Below are positions 8,518-18,421 of a stretch of DNA of 64,000 bases, piece by piece (the first letter of the stretch is position 1; every line of letters starts with the position of its first letter). The notes beneath the pieces are model-generated. The model did no database searches and had not been told where the DNA came from. It saw only the letters and a program-made list of their open reading frames with translations. Position numbers and translations under genes: made by a program. Location: positions 228 to 64,227 of the forward strand of contig JAAYNE010000149.1 of the NCBI GenBank assembly GCA_012521015.1, read 5' to 3'. This stretch comes from Clostridiaceae bacterium. GTDB taxonomy: Bacteria > Bacillota > Clostridia > Saccharofermentanales > DTU023.

Positions 8518-11148
8518 ATGTGCAACAAAAATAATAGTAGTAAAAATCAAAAGTCCGTGGATAAACAATTGAGTAGTGAAAAAATTTTTACTCAAGATTT
8601 GCAAAAAGCTGCAAATAAGTCAATTACTAAGGATTTGCAAAACTTATCAAAAAAAAATGAGAATCAGGCTTTGCAAAGTTCCTTAGCTGAACCACATAAT
8701 CAGGATTTTCAAGCAACATCAAAAGAATGCGAGGATCAATATTTACAAACCGCCTCAGATGAGTCTGGGACTCAGAATTTATTGAATACATCATCTGAGG
8801 GATTAACTTCAGAAGAAGTAATCAGAAGGCGTGATGCAGGTTATGGTAATGCGGAATCACAATCTCCAATGAAATCCACGCTACAAATTGTGTTGGAACA
8901 TGTTGTTACTCCGTTTAATATTCTTAATTTGATTTTAGCTTCAATTGTTTTTTTTGTAGCAATCAAGCAACCAAAATATTTTTTAAATATCTTGTTTTTA
9001 GGAGTTGCTACTATTAATACCATAAGCGGAATTATTCAAGAAATCAAAGCCAGAAAGGAAGTCCAAAGGCTTTCCTTGCTAAGCCAACCCAGAGTTTTGG
9101 CAATTAGAGATGGCATTACCAAAGAAATTTCGAGTGAAGAATTGGTGGTTGGCGACTTAATTGAACTGCATACTGAAGATCAGTTAACGGTTGATGCAAG
9201 GCTGGTCAGCGGTATAAATTTCGAAGTTGATGAATCGCTCTTGACGGGAGAATCGGATGCTGTTTACAAGAAAGCGGGAGATCACTTGCTGTCAGGTTGC
9301 TTTGTAGTTTCCGGTCGCGGTATGGCAATTGTTGAACAAGCCGGTGCTGAGACATATGCAGCCAGAATTACTCGCGAAGCAAAAAAAATCCGGCAAATAA
9401 ATTCCGAAATGATGCAAGCTTTGAATAAAGTTGTCAAAACTTTAGGGATTGCGATCATAATTATCGGCATCTTGATGTTGGTTTCTAAACTGATAATTCA
9501 GCCGTTAGATGATTGGCGGGCAGTTTTGATTTCAACAGTTGCAGCTTTGGTCGGTATGGTTCCGGAAGGTTTGGTATTGTTGACTTCCGTGGCTTTTGTT
9601 GTCGGAGTAATTCGTCTTTCCGCTCACAATGTTTTAGTACAAAAAATGAGTTCGATTGAAACTCTGGCACGTATAGACACTCTTTGTGTTGATAAAACCG
9701 GCACAATTACCAGTGGTAAAATGAATGTTATCGGTATTCATACAACAGACGGAAATGAATTGTCTGAATTACAAAAACAAGCAATAGCTCATGCACTGAA
9801 AGCATTAAATGATAGAAATGCTACAGCTAGGGCAATTTTGGATTATCTGAAACCTGATCTAGCTTTTCAAGATCAATTTGAAGTTGAGCATTATTATTCT
9901 TTTTCTTCCGAAAAAAAGTGGTCGGGTGTGCATTACGCAAAACAAGGAACATGGGTTATCGGAGCTCCAGAAATTGTCTTGTCTTTACAAGAACAACGAA
10001 AATATCTGGAAAATTTAAAAGAGAAAATTACCAAAGATAAAAGATTGTTAGCAGTAATGAAGTCAGATCAAGCTTTGCCGGATAATAAGAACTTGATAGA
10101 CGATTTGGAGATAGTTTGTTTTATTGAAATAGAAGATGAATTAAGAGAAAATGCTCAGGAAATTTTTGATTTCTCCGCCAAGCAAGGGGTTGAAATAAAA
10201 ATCATATCGGGAGATAATCCGCATACAGTGCAAGCTATAGCTCATAAGGCCGGAATCAAACACTTGAAACATGCAATTGATATGAGTACTTTGCCCGAAG
10301 ACGAGGATTATACGGCAATTGTCGAAAGCTATCAGCTGTTTGGCAGAGTGACACCATTTCAAAAGAAAGAGCTGATTGCTGCTCTGCAAAATAATGGTCA
10401 TAGTGTTGCGATGGTAGGAGATGGAGTAAATGATGTACCTGCTTTGAAAAAAGCTGATTGCAGTGTTGCAATTGCTCAGGGCAGTGACGCTGCCAGAGTA
10501 AGTGCAGATTTAGTCTTGATAGAAAACGATTTATCCAAAATGATTCCGACTGTATATGAAGGCAGACGTGTAATCAATAACATTGAACGGGCGGCGGTTC
10601 TGTTTTTAACCAAAACGGTATATATGACTTTGTTGGCGTTTATGTTTATATTTTTGCCAAGTCGCTTCCCATTATTTCCGATTCAGATGACTCTGATTGG
10701 CAGTTGTGTAATCGGCATGCCGGGATTCTTTCTATCTTTAATTCCTAATCGAAATCGAGTCAGTGGAAATTTTTTGCCTAAGGTTATGAAAGTGGCATTA
10801 CCAGCGGGTATAACCGGAACGGTAGCGGTACTTTTACATCAATTGGGGATGTATATTTTTGATTTTCCGGCAGGATATCACAGTACGATTTCTCTGATTA
10901 TTTTGCTGACGATTAGCGAGAATGTGCTTTGGAAAGCTTGTCAGCCGTTTGACAAATATACATTGTCGATTTGGCTGCTATCGGTTGCTACAGTTTTGCT
11001 GGCAATAATTTTCTTACCGGATTTATTCTTTTTAACCAGACTGGATTCACATGGTTTAATATACGCCGTTGTTTTTATCTGTATTGTTCCCTTGATTTTC
11101 TTTCTCATCAAACGTATATATGTGAAGTTTACGGCACGTCGTAAATAA
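8518..11148 (+). CDS. Cation-translocating P-type ATPase with a Q-rich N-terminal extension
   Basis: 876 aa. It carries TGES, the DKTGTIT phosphorylation motif and the GDGVNDVPALKKAD hinge. There are about 10 TM segments. Confidence 0.9.
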   Translation: MCNKNNSSKNQKSVDKQLSSEKIFTQDLQKAANKSITKDLQNLSKKNENQALQSSLAEPHNQDFQATSKECEDQYLQTASDESGTQNLLNTSSEGLTSEEVIRRRDAGYGNAESQSPMKSTLQIVLEHVVTPFNILNLILASIVFFVAIKQPKYFLNILFLGVATINTISGIIQEIKARKEVQRLSLLSQPRVLAIRDGITKEISSEELVVGDLIELHTEDQLTVDARLVSGINFEVDESLLTGESDAVYKKAGDHLLSGCFVVSGRGMAIVEQAGAETYAARITREAKKIRQINSEMMQALNKVVKTLGIAIIIIGILMLVSKLIIQPLDDWRAVLISTVAALVGMVPEGLVLLTSVAFVVGVIRLSAHNVLVQKMSSIETLARIDTLCVDKTGTITSGKMNVIGIHTTDGNELSELQKQAIAHALKALNDRNATARAILDYLKPDLAFQDQFEVEHYYSFSSEKKWSGVHYAKQGTWVIGAPEIVLSLQEQRKYLENLKEKITKDKRLLAVMKSDQALPDNKNLIDDLEIVCFIEIEDELRENAQEIFDFSAKQGVEIKIISGDNPHTVQAIAHKAGIKHLKHAIDMSTLPEDEDYTAIVESYQLFGRVTPFQKKELIAALQNNGHSVAMVGDGVNDVPALKKADCSVAIAQGSDAARVSADLVLIENDLSKMIPTVYEGRRVINNIERAAVLFLTKTVYMTLLAFMFIFLPSRFPLFPIQMTLIGSCVIGMPGFFLSLIPNRNRVSGNFLPKVMKVALPAGITGTVAVLLHQLGMYIFDFPAGYHSTISLIILLTISENVLWKACQPFDKYTLSIWLLSVATVLLAIIFLPDLFFLTRLDSHGLIYAVVFICIVPLIFFLIKRIYVKFTARRK

Positions 11149-11304
11149 AATCAGATAATATTAAATGCATAATTCAATGTAATCTGATTTCTAATATCAA
11201 TTAAATTTGCAATTATTTATACGAGAAATTTACGAAAAATTAACTTGTGAACCATTAAATAAGCTATTAACAACATATAATGTAAAGAAACATTTAAATA
11301 TTAA

Positions 11305-12090
11305 GTGAATATTAAGGAGAACCTAGTGTTAAAAATCAGTCAAGTTACGAAAAGTTACGGCGACTTGAAAGCCAATGACAATATCAATATAGAAATTCCG
11401 GAAAAATCCGTAGCTCTCTTGGTAGGGCCGAACGGAGCAGGTAAGTCAACTTTATTAAAGTGTATTATGGGTTTGCTGCGCTATTCAGGGGAAATTGAAA
11501 TTAACGGTTTGAAAAATAAATCTCTGGAGGCGAAAAAAATCATGGGTTATGTTCCGGAAATTCCTCATATGTATCCTTTACTTACAATCAGTGAACATCT
11601 GGAATTTACTGCCAGAGCGTATAGATTAGATGAAACGTGGCGTGAAAAAGCGGATAATTTACTCAGACGTTTTGAACTTGATGATAAGAGAAACAAATTG
11701 GGTGGTACTTTATCCAAGGGGATGCAGCAAAAACTCAGCATTTGTGTAGCTTTATTACCTGAGCCGAATTTTATCTTATTTGATGAGCCATTGATCGGAC
11801 TTGATCCTTATGCAATTAAACAATTAAAAGATATTTTTCGTGAATTGTCAGAGAGTGGACATTCATTGTTAATCAGCACTCATATCTTAGATACTGTAGA
11901 TGAGTTGTGGGATCAAGTTTACATCATGAATCATGGAAAAGTTGTGGCTAACGGTAAAAAATCAGAACTTGACCGATTGGGCAAAACTTTGGAAGATTTC
12001 TTTTTCGATGTTACAGGTAATTATAAATCCGACATTAAGTCTGATCCTGACCTTAATTCTAATACTGAGATTGTAACCGAACAGGATTAG
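11305..12090 (+). CDS. ABC transporter ATP-binding protein
   Basis: It has Walker A GPNGAGKST, the signature LSKGMQQK and Walker B ILFDEP. The likelier start is GTG 11326, 6 nt after an AAGGAG SD. Confidence 0.9.
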   Translation: MNIKENLVLKISQVTKSYGDLKANDNINIEIPEKSVALLVGPNGAGKSTLLKCIMGLLRYSGEIEINGLKNKSLEAKKIMGYVPEIPHMYPLLTISEHLEFTARAYRLDETWREKADNLLRRFELDDKRNKLGGTLSKGMQQKLSICVALLPEPNFILFDEPLIGLDPYAIKQLKDIFRELSESGHSLLISTHILDTVDELWDQVYIMNHGKVVANGKKSELDRLGKTLEDFFFDVTGNYKSDIKSDPDLNSNTEIVTEQD

Positions 12091-12100
12091 GGGGATTTCT

Positions 12101-13693
12101 ATGCAAGCATTTGTTTATCTTAAAGTTCGGACAATTATCAATTGGTTTAAACAGTTAAAAGAAAAACCGAGTCGTTTGATTTCAGTATTATTTTATGCAG
12201 GTCTGCTCAGTGTGGTTTTCTTGATTCCTAGGGGTGATGATTTACCCGCTGAATCTAAATTTATGCAAAGTGATTTCTCGAGATATGTTATATCAGCAGT
12301 GTTTTTTGGAATTTTGTTAATTCTCAATGCATTTACTTGGCATTCAGGGACCAAAAGAGGTGTTAGTATTTTCGCTTTGCCGGACACTCAATTTTTATTT
12401 ACGGCACCTTTCAGACCAGCTTCGATTTTGTTATATGGTATGCTCAATCAATTAAAAACATCATTACTCAGTTCAATTTTTTTACTGTATCAAATTCCGA
12501 ATTTGCATAAATTATTATTAAACAGCGGGCAAATCGCAACTATTTTTGTAGTTTGGACGATGACGATTTTCTTCAATCATATTATTTCTGCATTTATTTA
12601 TGCAATCAGTTATAAAGCTGACAAATATGTAAAAATTGTTGAAATAGTAATTTATACCATTCCGATTCTCAGTTTGTTGCTAGGCTTCTTTTTTATAATT
12701 AAAGCATCTGATGTTCTTACCGGTTTAACTCAATTTCTTCAATCGAAATTACTCTATCTTATTCCTGGAGCAGGTTGGGCAAAAGGTATTTTAGACTTGG
12801 CTTTATTAGGTTTTAATTGGTTAGGAATCGTTTGTTTAGTAATCTTTATTTTTGTGCCGATTGCATTGATGCGGGCTATATATAAGATGGACATTGATTA
12901 TTATGAAGATGCAATGTCGATGGTACAAGCCGCGCCGAATTCGCCGGAACAACAAGAGATTGCGAAAGAAGCTCAACGCAAAGCCTATGCAAAATTCAAA
13001 GTGAAAGAAACCGGTATTAATAAAGGCTTTGGTGAAAATACAATTTTTTATAAACAATTATGTGAATATCGGCGCACCAGACCTAGAATTGTCGGCTTTA
13101 CCATGCTAACGCTGCTTTTGGTTTTGGGTGGCATGGCTGTAGTATTGAAAAATCCGGAGGAAACGAACGATCCGTTACTCTTTTGGGGAATAAGCGTAAT
13201 AATCTTATTCTTTTCTGCATTTAATTCAACGACTATCAAAGCTTTTGCTGATGATCAATTTTTCACTTTACCGGGGAATTCCATTTTGAAAGTCATTTAT
13301 TCCGGTGTTCTGGGAATTATCTTGGTGATGCTTGATTTAATTCCGGCATATTTATTTGTTATTATCTATTCCGGTTTTAATTTATTATTATTGCCAATAG
13401 GAATTTTGTTGAGCGGCAGTATATTTATGGTTATTAACAGTGCCCAAATTCTGACCTATCGAATCTTCGGTGAAGTGAAATCAGCCTTTTCAGTTATGGT
13501 TTTATTAACATTGTCCTTTGTTTTCTGCCTGCCGGGAGCAGGCATGATTTTGGCCGGTGGTTATTTCATTGTATTGCATGGCACATATTGGGGTTACTTG
13601 CTAATTGCGGGAGGTTTTTTAGCGAATTGCTTATTAGGTTTAATCGGAATTTTTACCGGAAAAAAATATTTGGAAGAAGGGCCGACTAGATAA
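12101..13693 (+). CDS. Large polytopic membrane protein, putative ABC exporter permease partner
   Basis: 530 aa with many hydrophobic helices. It lies 10 nt downstream of the ABC ATPase gene with a GGGGG SD. No motif was recognised beyond its topology. Confidence 0.5.
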   Translation: MQAFVYLKVRTIINWFKQLKEKPSRLISVLFYAGLLSVVFLIPRGDDLPAESKFMQSDFSRYVISAVFFGILLILNAFTWHSGTKRGVSIFALPDTQFLFTAPFRPASILLYGMLNQLKTSLLSSIFLLYQIPNLHKLLLNSGQIATIFVVWTMTIFFNHIISAFIYAISYKADKYVKIVEIVIYTIPILSLLLGFFFIIKASDVLTGLTQFLQSKLLYLIPGAGWAKGILDLALLGFNWLGIVCLVIFIFVPIALMRAIYKMDIDYYEDAMSMVQAAPNSPEQQEIAKEAQRKAYAKFKVKETGINKGFGENTIFYKQLCEYRRTRPRIVGFTMLTLLLVLGGMAVVLKNPEETNDPLLFWGISVIILFFSAFNSTTIKAFADDQFFTLPGNSILKVIYSGVLGIILVMLDLIPAYLFVIIYSGFNLLLLPIGILLSGSIFMVINSAQILTYRIFGEVKSAFSVMVLLTLSFVFCLPGAGMILAGGYFIVLHGTYWGYLLIAGGFLANCLLGLIGIFTGKKYLEEGPTR

Positions 13694-13930
13694 ATTTGAA
13701 ATAAACTTACTAATCTGTATTTTTCACTGATGATTTGTTGTAATATTTAATAAATTGTAATAATTGATAAATTATAATAATTAATTAATAATTAATGAGT
13801 TATAAAAATTAATGAAATAATTGTTTTGTACTTGGTCAAACAACAGTTCAAATTAAACACACAAGAATTTCTCTAAGTGAGTTAAAATGATAGAAAAAAT
13901 ACTGATTAAATATTTATATAGAGGAAACAT

Positions 13931-15388
13931 ATGCAAATAGTAATTGGCGGAGCAGGCAAAATCGGTGAAGTTTTATGTTTAGAGTTGGCTGAAGAAGGTC
14001 ATGATATTATTTTGATTGAGCAAAAGGAAGAATTGATCGATAAAATAATTGAACGTTCTGATATTTCCGGTATTGTGGGCAGTATTGTTGATTATGATAT
14101 TCAACTTGAAGCCGGAGTTCCGAATTGTGATTTATTCATCAGTGTAACCGGCGACGACGAGATGAATTTAATCGGGGCAGTTTTAGCGGATCGTTTAGGT
14201 GCAAATTACACAGTTGCCAGAGTAGGTAATCCCCAATATGGAACGCATATGGGATTGATGCGACGAGCTTTGGGAGTTTCCAATATTACTAATCCGAGAC
14301 TTGAAGCAGCTAGAGAAATTGCCAAGAGCTTGAGTTCGCCTTCTTCTGTATCTGTAGAAAGCTTTGCTCATGGTAGAGTCAATATGCATGAAGTTAAGAT
14401 TGAACAGAAAAGTGGATTAGAAGGTATAAAACTATCCGATTTTCGTAATCGTTTTGCCTCATTGATTGTCTGTGCAGTGCAAAGGAATGAACAAGTTATA
14501 ATTCCGGATGGATCATTTGTTTTTACTAACGGAGATACAGTTTTAATTACCGGTCTAATTAAAGATCTTGAACAGTTTTATATCAATATCGGAATCTATA
14601 AGAAAAAAATAAGTAATGTCTTAATTATCGGTGGCGGTGAGATTACTAATTATTTATGTCGGATTTTAGAACGCAATGTTCCCAAAATGAAAATTACCGT
14701 TATTGAGAAAGATGATCAACGAGCTTGGGATTTATCAGCAGAATATTCTGATGTGACGGTACTTTCCGGTGACGGAACCAATCATCAGGTTTTAGATGAG
14801 ATTAACTTTACTTTTTATGATGCGATAGTCGCTTTAACAGGAATTGATGAAGAGAATATTATGATCGGTTTATTGGCGGCACAAAATAAGATTCCCAAAA
14901 TCATTGTTAAGGTTAATCGAACTGAAATATTACCGATAGTTCATAATAGTGGTTTGCAAACTATTATTACGCCGAAAGCAATAGTTTCTGACAGCTTAGT
15001 CCGCTTTGTTCGTGCACATGAAAATGCAATGGGCTCAAAAGTTGAAGCATTACATAGAATTTTCAATAATGAGGTTGAAGTTCTTGAGTTCAATGTCAAA
15101 CAAGACAGCAAAGTACTTAATATTCCGTTAAGAGATTTGCCGATTAAAAAAGATATCTTAATTGTATTTATAATTCGCGGTAATCAAATAATATTTCCGA
15201 CCGGCAATGACTCTATTAAATGCGAGGATCATGTAGTTATTGTGTCAAAAGAGAAACAATTCTACGATATTGATGATGTTTTAGACGAACAAAAAACTAA
15301 ATCAATTGAGACACTGACAGATCCTAATTATACAGACAAAAATAATCTTGCAGGGAATGTTCATGTTGCGGAGGTTCCGAAAAAATGA
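13931..15388 (+). CDS. trkA: Trk-type potassium uptake protein, NAD-binding subunit
   Basis: 485 aa. It has two Rossmann/RCK repeats (GGAGKIGEVL and IIGGGEITNYL). It overlaps trkH by 4 nt. Confidence 0.85.
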   Translation: MQIVIGGAGKIGEVLCLELAEEGHDIILIEQKEELIDKIIERSDISGIVGSIVDYDIQLEAGVPNCDLFISVTGDDEMNLIGAVLADRLGANYTVARVGNPQYGTHMGLMRRALGVSNITNPRLEAAREIAKSLSSPSSVSVESFAHGRVNMHEVKIEQKSGLEGIKLSDFRNRFASLIVCAVQRNEQVIIPDGSFVFTNGDTVLITGLIKDLEQFYINIGIYKKKISNVLIIGGGEITNYLCRILERNVPKMKITVIEKDDQRAWDLSAEYSDVTVLSGDGTNHQVLDEINFTFYDAIVALTGIDEENIMIGLLAAQNKIPKIIVKVNRTEILPIVHNSGLQTIITPKAIVSDSLVRFVRAHENAMGSKVEALHRIFNNEVEVLEFNVKQDSKVLNIPLRDLPIKKDILIVFIIRGNQIIFPTGNDSIKCEDHVVIVSKEKQFYDIDDVLDEQKTKSIETLTDPNYTDKNNLAGNVHVAEVPKK

Positions 15389-16842
15389 ATTTTCGCATAA
15401 TTCGCTTCTTTTTGAGTAGATTATTATTGGTTGAAGCAGGTTTAATGGTGTTGCCGGTTATTATCGGACTATTGTACCGAGAACCGTTTTCTAGTATTTT
15501 TAGTTTTTTGATAGTAATTGGAATTATAACGTTCATAAGTGTTTTACTCAATGTTAAAAAACCGGATATTAAAACCCTGCATACTAAAGAAGGCATGATA
15601 ATTGTCGCTTTAACTTGGATTGGTTGGACATGTTTCGGTGCTTTACCGTTTGTGATTTCAGGTGAAATTCCTTTTTATATTGATGCTGTTTTTGAAATGG
15701 CAAGTGGATTTACTACAACGGGAGCTTCTATTCTCAGAGAAGTTGAGAGTTTGAGTCATTCAATTTTATTTTGGCGTTCATTCTCACATTTGATAGGTGG
15801 TATGGGGGTATTGGTCTTTGCATTAGCAATTTTTCCGACCGGAGCCTCCGAAACAGTACACTTAATGCGGGCAGAAGTACCGGGTCCAAAATTCGGTAAG
15901 CTAGTTTCAAGATTGAAACAAACGGCGATTATCCTTTATGTGATTTATTTCGTAATGACCTTTATCACTATAATTTTGCTTATTTTAGGTGGCATGAATG
16001 TTTTTGATGCCGTTTGCCATTCTTTCGGTATCGCCGGTACCGGCGGTTTCAGTACTCACAATGCGAGCATCGGCTTTTATAACAGCCCCTACATTGAATG
16101 GGTTACCGGGATTATGATGATGTTGTTCGGCATGAATTTTAATCTATTCTATATGATTGTCTTAGGCCAGACTTTATCGGTATGGCGTGATGAGGAATTA
16201 CGAGTTTATTTGAGCGTGATTTTTGGTGCCACTACTGTAATAGTTGTTAGCAATTCGATCAGCGGAATTTATGAAAACCTTGGAGAAAATATCAGACATA
16301 CTTTTTTTTCCGTATCTTCAGTCATTACGACAACCGGTTTTTTAACGGTTGATTTTGCCCAATGGTCATTAACTGCGATTTTTATATTCGCTATGCTGAT
16401 GGTAATTGGCGGTATGGCAGGTTCAACCGGCGGTGGCATTAAAGTTGCAAGATTCACGATTGCAAACAAATCTATGTTTAATGAATTTCGTTTGATGCAG
16501 AATCCAAGACGGGTTGTAGTGACAAAATTTAACGGTAAGCCATTAACCGAATATCAAGTTACCAGAATCCGTAATTACGTGTTGGCATATGTATTTTGTG
16601 TAATAACTATCTGCTTATTAATCAGTCCGGATACACCTGATATGCAAACGGCAGTCAGTGCAACCCTTAATACCTTTAACAACATAGGAGTAGGATTTGC
16701 GACTGCGGGTTCAGCAGCACCGTTTACAGATTATAGTATTTTTTCAAAAATAGTTTTAATATTTTCAATGATAGCAGGTCGTCTGGAAATTTATCCGATT
16801 ATCCTCTTGTTTTCACCAAGTACTTATTTGAATAAAAGTTAA
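15385..16842 (+). CDS. trkH: Trk/Ktr-type potassium transporter membrane subunit
   Basis: 485 aa and polytopic. It has selectivity-filter-like TTTGA/GTGGF/TTTGF/GSTGGGIK repeats. Confidence 0.85.
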   Translation: MNFRIIRFFLSRLLLVEAGLMVLPVIIGLLYREPFSSIFSFLIVIGIITFISVLLNVKKPDIKTLHTKEGMIIVALTWIGWTCFGALPFVISGEIPFYIDAVFEMASGFTTTGASILREVESLSHSILFWRSFSHLIGGMGVLVFALAIFPTGASETVHLMRAEVPGPKFGKLVSRLKQTAIILYVIYFVMTFITIILLILGGMNVFDAVCHSFGIAGTGGFSTHNASIGFYNSPYIEWVTGIMMMLFGMNFNLFYMIVLGQTLSVWRDEELRVYLSVIFGATTVIVVSNSISGIYENLGENIRHTFFSVSSVITTTGFLTVDFAQWSLTAIFIFAMLMVIGGMAGSTGGGIKVARFTIANKSMFNEFRLMQNPRRVVVTKFNGKPLTEYQVTRIRNYVLAYVFCVITICLLISPDTPDMQTAVSATLNTFNNIGVGFATAGSAAPFTDYSIFSKIVLIFSMIAGRLEIYPIILLFSPSTYLNKS

Positions 16843-16861
16843 TCCCAAATTATTGATTGTA

Positions 16862-17046
16862 TATTCAGCTAATGAAATCACTTGCTCATGCATACTGATA
16901 AAAGTTCAAAAACTAAGGCTTATTGCCTATGAATCGCAAACTCGGGCTAAAGTCCTCGAACATGCGATTCATTAACGGCAATTTCGCCAAGTTTTTAATG
17001 AATTTTTCCAGTAAACGTATTTCAAAGCGATTTCATTAGCTGAATA
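16862..17046. repeat. 185-nt long imperfect palindrome (possible MITE-like element or structured RNA)
   Basis: There are perfect 18-bp terminal inverted repeats, tattcagctaatgaaatc (16862-16879) and gatttcattagctgaata (17029-17046). It also has an inner perfect 10-bp pair (atgaatcgca/tgcgattcat) and partially paired arms between. It lies between the convergent trkH and ispE. Confidence 0.6.
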
Positions 17047-17094
17047 GTGCTGTCAATATTTTTAATTAAGAAAATCGTTTAGCAATGTATTTCT

Positions 17095-18177
17095 CTAATC
17101 CCAAGCATCCTTGGTATAGGTTGCAGTAAATTTTCCTGGAAAGTCGGATTCTTCTAATAACTGTAAGGCTTGGTCACGCTCTGTATATGAATCGTAAATT
17201 GCGAAAATTGTCGGGCCGCTGCCGGTAAAACGTACAAATTGTGAGCCGGTTTGACAGAATGCATGACAAATATCTTGTAAGTGAGGATGTTTGTATAAAA
17301 TGGTCGAGGTGAAGTCATTTGAAAAATACTTATTCATCGACTTTAAGCCGGTACTTATAATTTGATTATAATTATTCAAAGTTTCACGATTTGCTAATTT
17401 CAGTCTGGTTAACGGGTGTGCATTAAGTGCATTGAAGGCATTAGCAGTGAGGATAGTTTCCGGTGGATTATAGATTAAAACAGGTCGCTCGGAAAAACTG
17501 TCAAGCGGGCTAATAATTTCACCGATTCCCTCACATAAAGCAGTTCCACGGTGTAAACAGAAAGATACGTCGGCACCGATTTTACCAGCGATTTCTAGTA
17601 ATTTAGCTTGCGAGATTATCGGATTCTGATTTCTGCTTTTATTTTGTAAGAGATGGGTAGAATCAATGACATCGGATGTACTTTGTGAATTGTTTTGACT
17701 TGCAGAAGATATAGGTTGAAAAAATAAACGAGATTGAGGATTGTTATATAAATTTGCTAAACCACGCAAAACGGCTGCCCCATTTGCACTTCCACCGGCT
17801 AAGCCTGCAGCTAAGGAGATGTTTTTAATTAAAGAAATGGTCAGGTTTGCTTTTAAATGAAAATGTTCTAAGAAGAGTTTAGCACTACGATAAGCGATAT
17901 TTTCCATTCCGCAGCTCAAGTTACAGTTATTAGAAATAAGTGAAATATTGGTTTCAGCGGTTGAGTTTAACGGCTTTAGTGTTAGTTCGACGATATCGTG
18001 CAAAGCCAAAGTTTGCATAATGGAATGCAGTTGATGATAATTATCCGGTCGTTTTCCCAGAATTTTTAAACTTAAATTTATTTTTGCTTGTGCACGCAAT
18101 TTGCAATGTGCTTGTTCGTGGTTAACTCTAATTTTATTGGCTTGTTGATTAGAGAAAATTGTGTGAATCTTATTCAA
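17095..18177 (-). CDS. ispE: 4-diphosphocytidyl-2-C-methyl-D-erythritol kinase (with a ~50-aa low-complexity insertion)
   Basis: AKINLSLKILGKRPDNYH and the GHMP motif LAAGLAGGSANGAAVL are present. It has a TTG start. Confidence 0.85.
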   Translation of the reverse strand: MNKIHTIFSNQQANKIRVNHEQAHCKLRAQAKINLSLKILGKRPDNYHQLHSIMQTLALHDIVELTLKPLNSTAETNISLISNNCNLSCGMENIAYRSAKLFLEHFHLKANLTISLIKNISLAAGLAGGSANGAAVLRGLANLYNNPQSRLFFQPISSASQNNSQSTSDVIDSTHLLQNKSRNQNPIISQAKLLEIAGKIGADVSFCLHRGTALCEGIGEIISPLDSFSERPVLIYNPPETILTANAFNALNAHPLTRLKLANRETLNNYNQIISTGLKSMNKYFSNDFTSTILYKHPHLQDICHAFCQTGSQFVRFTGSGPTIFAIYDSYTERDQALQLLEESDFPGKFTATYTKDAWD

Positions 18178-18418
18178 ATCCTTCTCCTAAAACCTCATGT
18201 ACTTCAGTTACAATTTTAAAAGCATTCGGGTCGATTGCTTCAACCAATTTTTTAATTCAGTTAGTTGCCTGCTCGGCATCTCACAAAAGATAATACCATG
18301 ATTTTTCATACTGTACATATCTTTGATTTGCAATCCCGTTGCACCCCGGTCTAATCTCATAAATATTTCATTAACTATTTCATGATATTTATCCGAAATG
18401 ACATAGGTGATAACAAAA
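18170..18418 (-). pseudogene. Remnant of a YitT-family / DUF2179-domain gene (no start codon, 1-nt homopolymer frameshift)
   Basis: The minus-strand translation is IFVITYVISDKYHEIVNEIFMRLDRGATGLQIKDMYSMKNHGIIFCEMPSRQLTELKK / LVEAIDPNAFKIVTEVHEVLGEGFE. It matches the DUF2179 C-terminal domain only if one A is added to the A6 run (plus-strand T run 18248-18253). There is no N-terminal membrane domain and no start codon. The stop overlaps the ispE start. Confidence 0.6.
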
Positions 18419-18421
18419 ATG

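Noticed and set aside
13694-13930. Riboswitch (e.g. c-di-AMP) upstream of trkA
   Set aside because: The spacer is almost pure A/T with simple AT palindromes. It has no GC-containing helices or conserved riboswitch cores.
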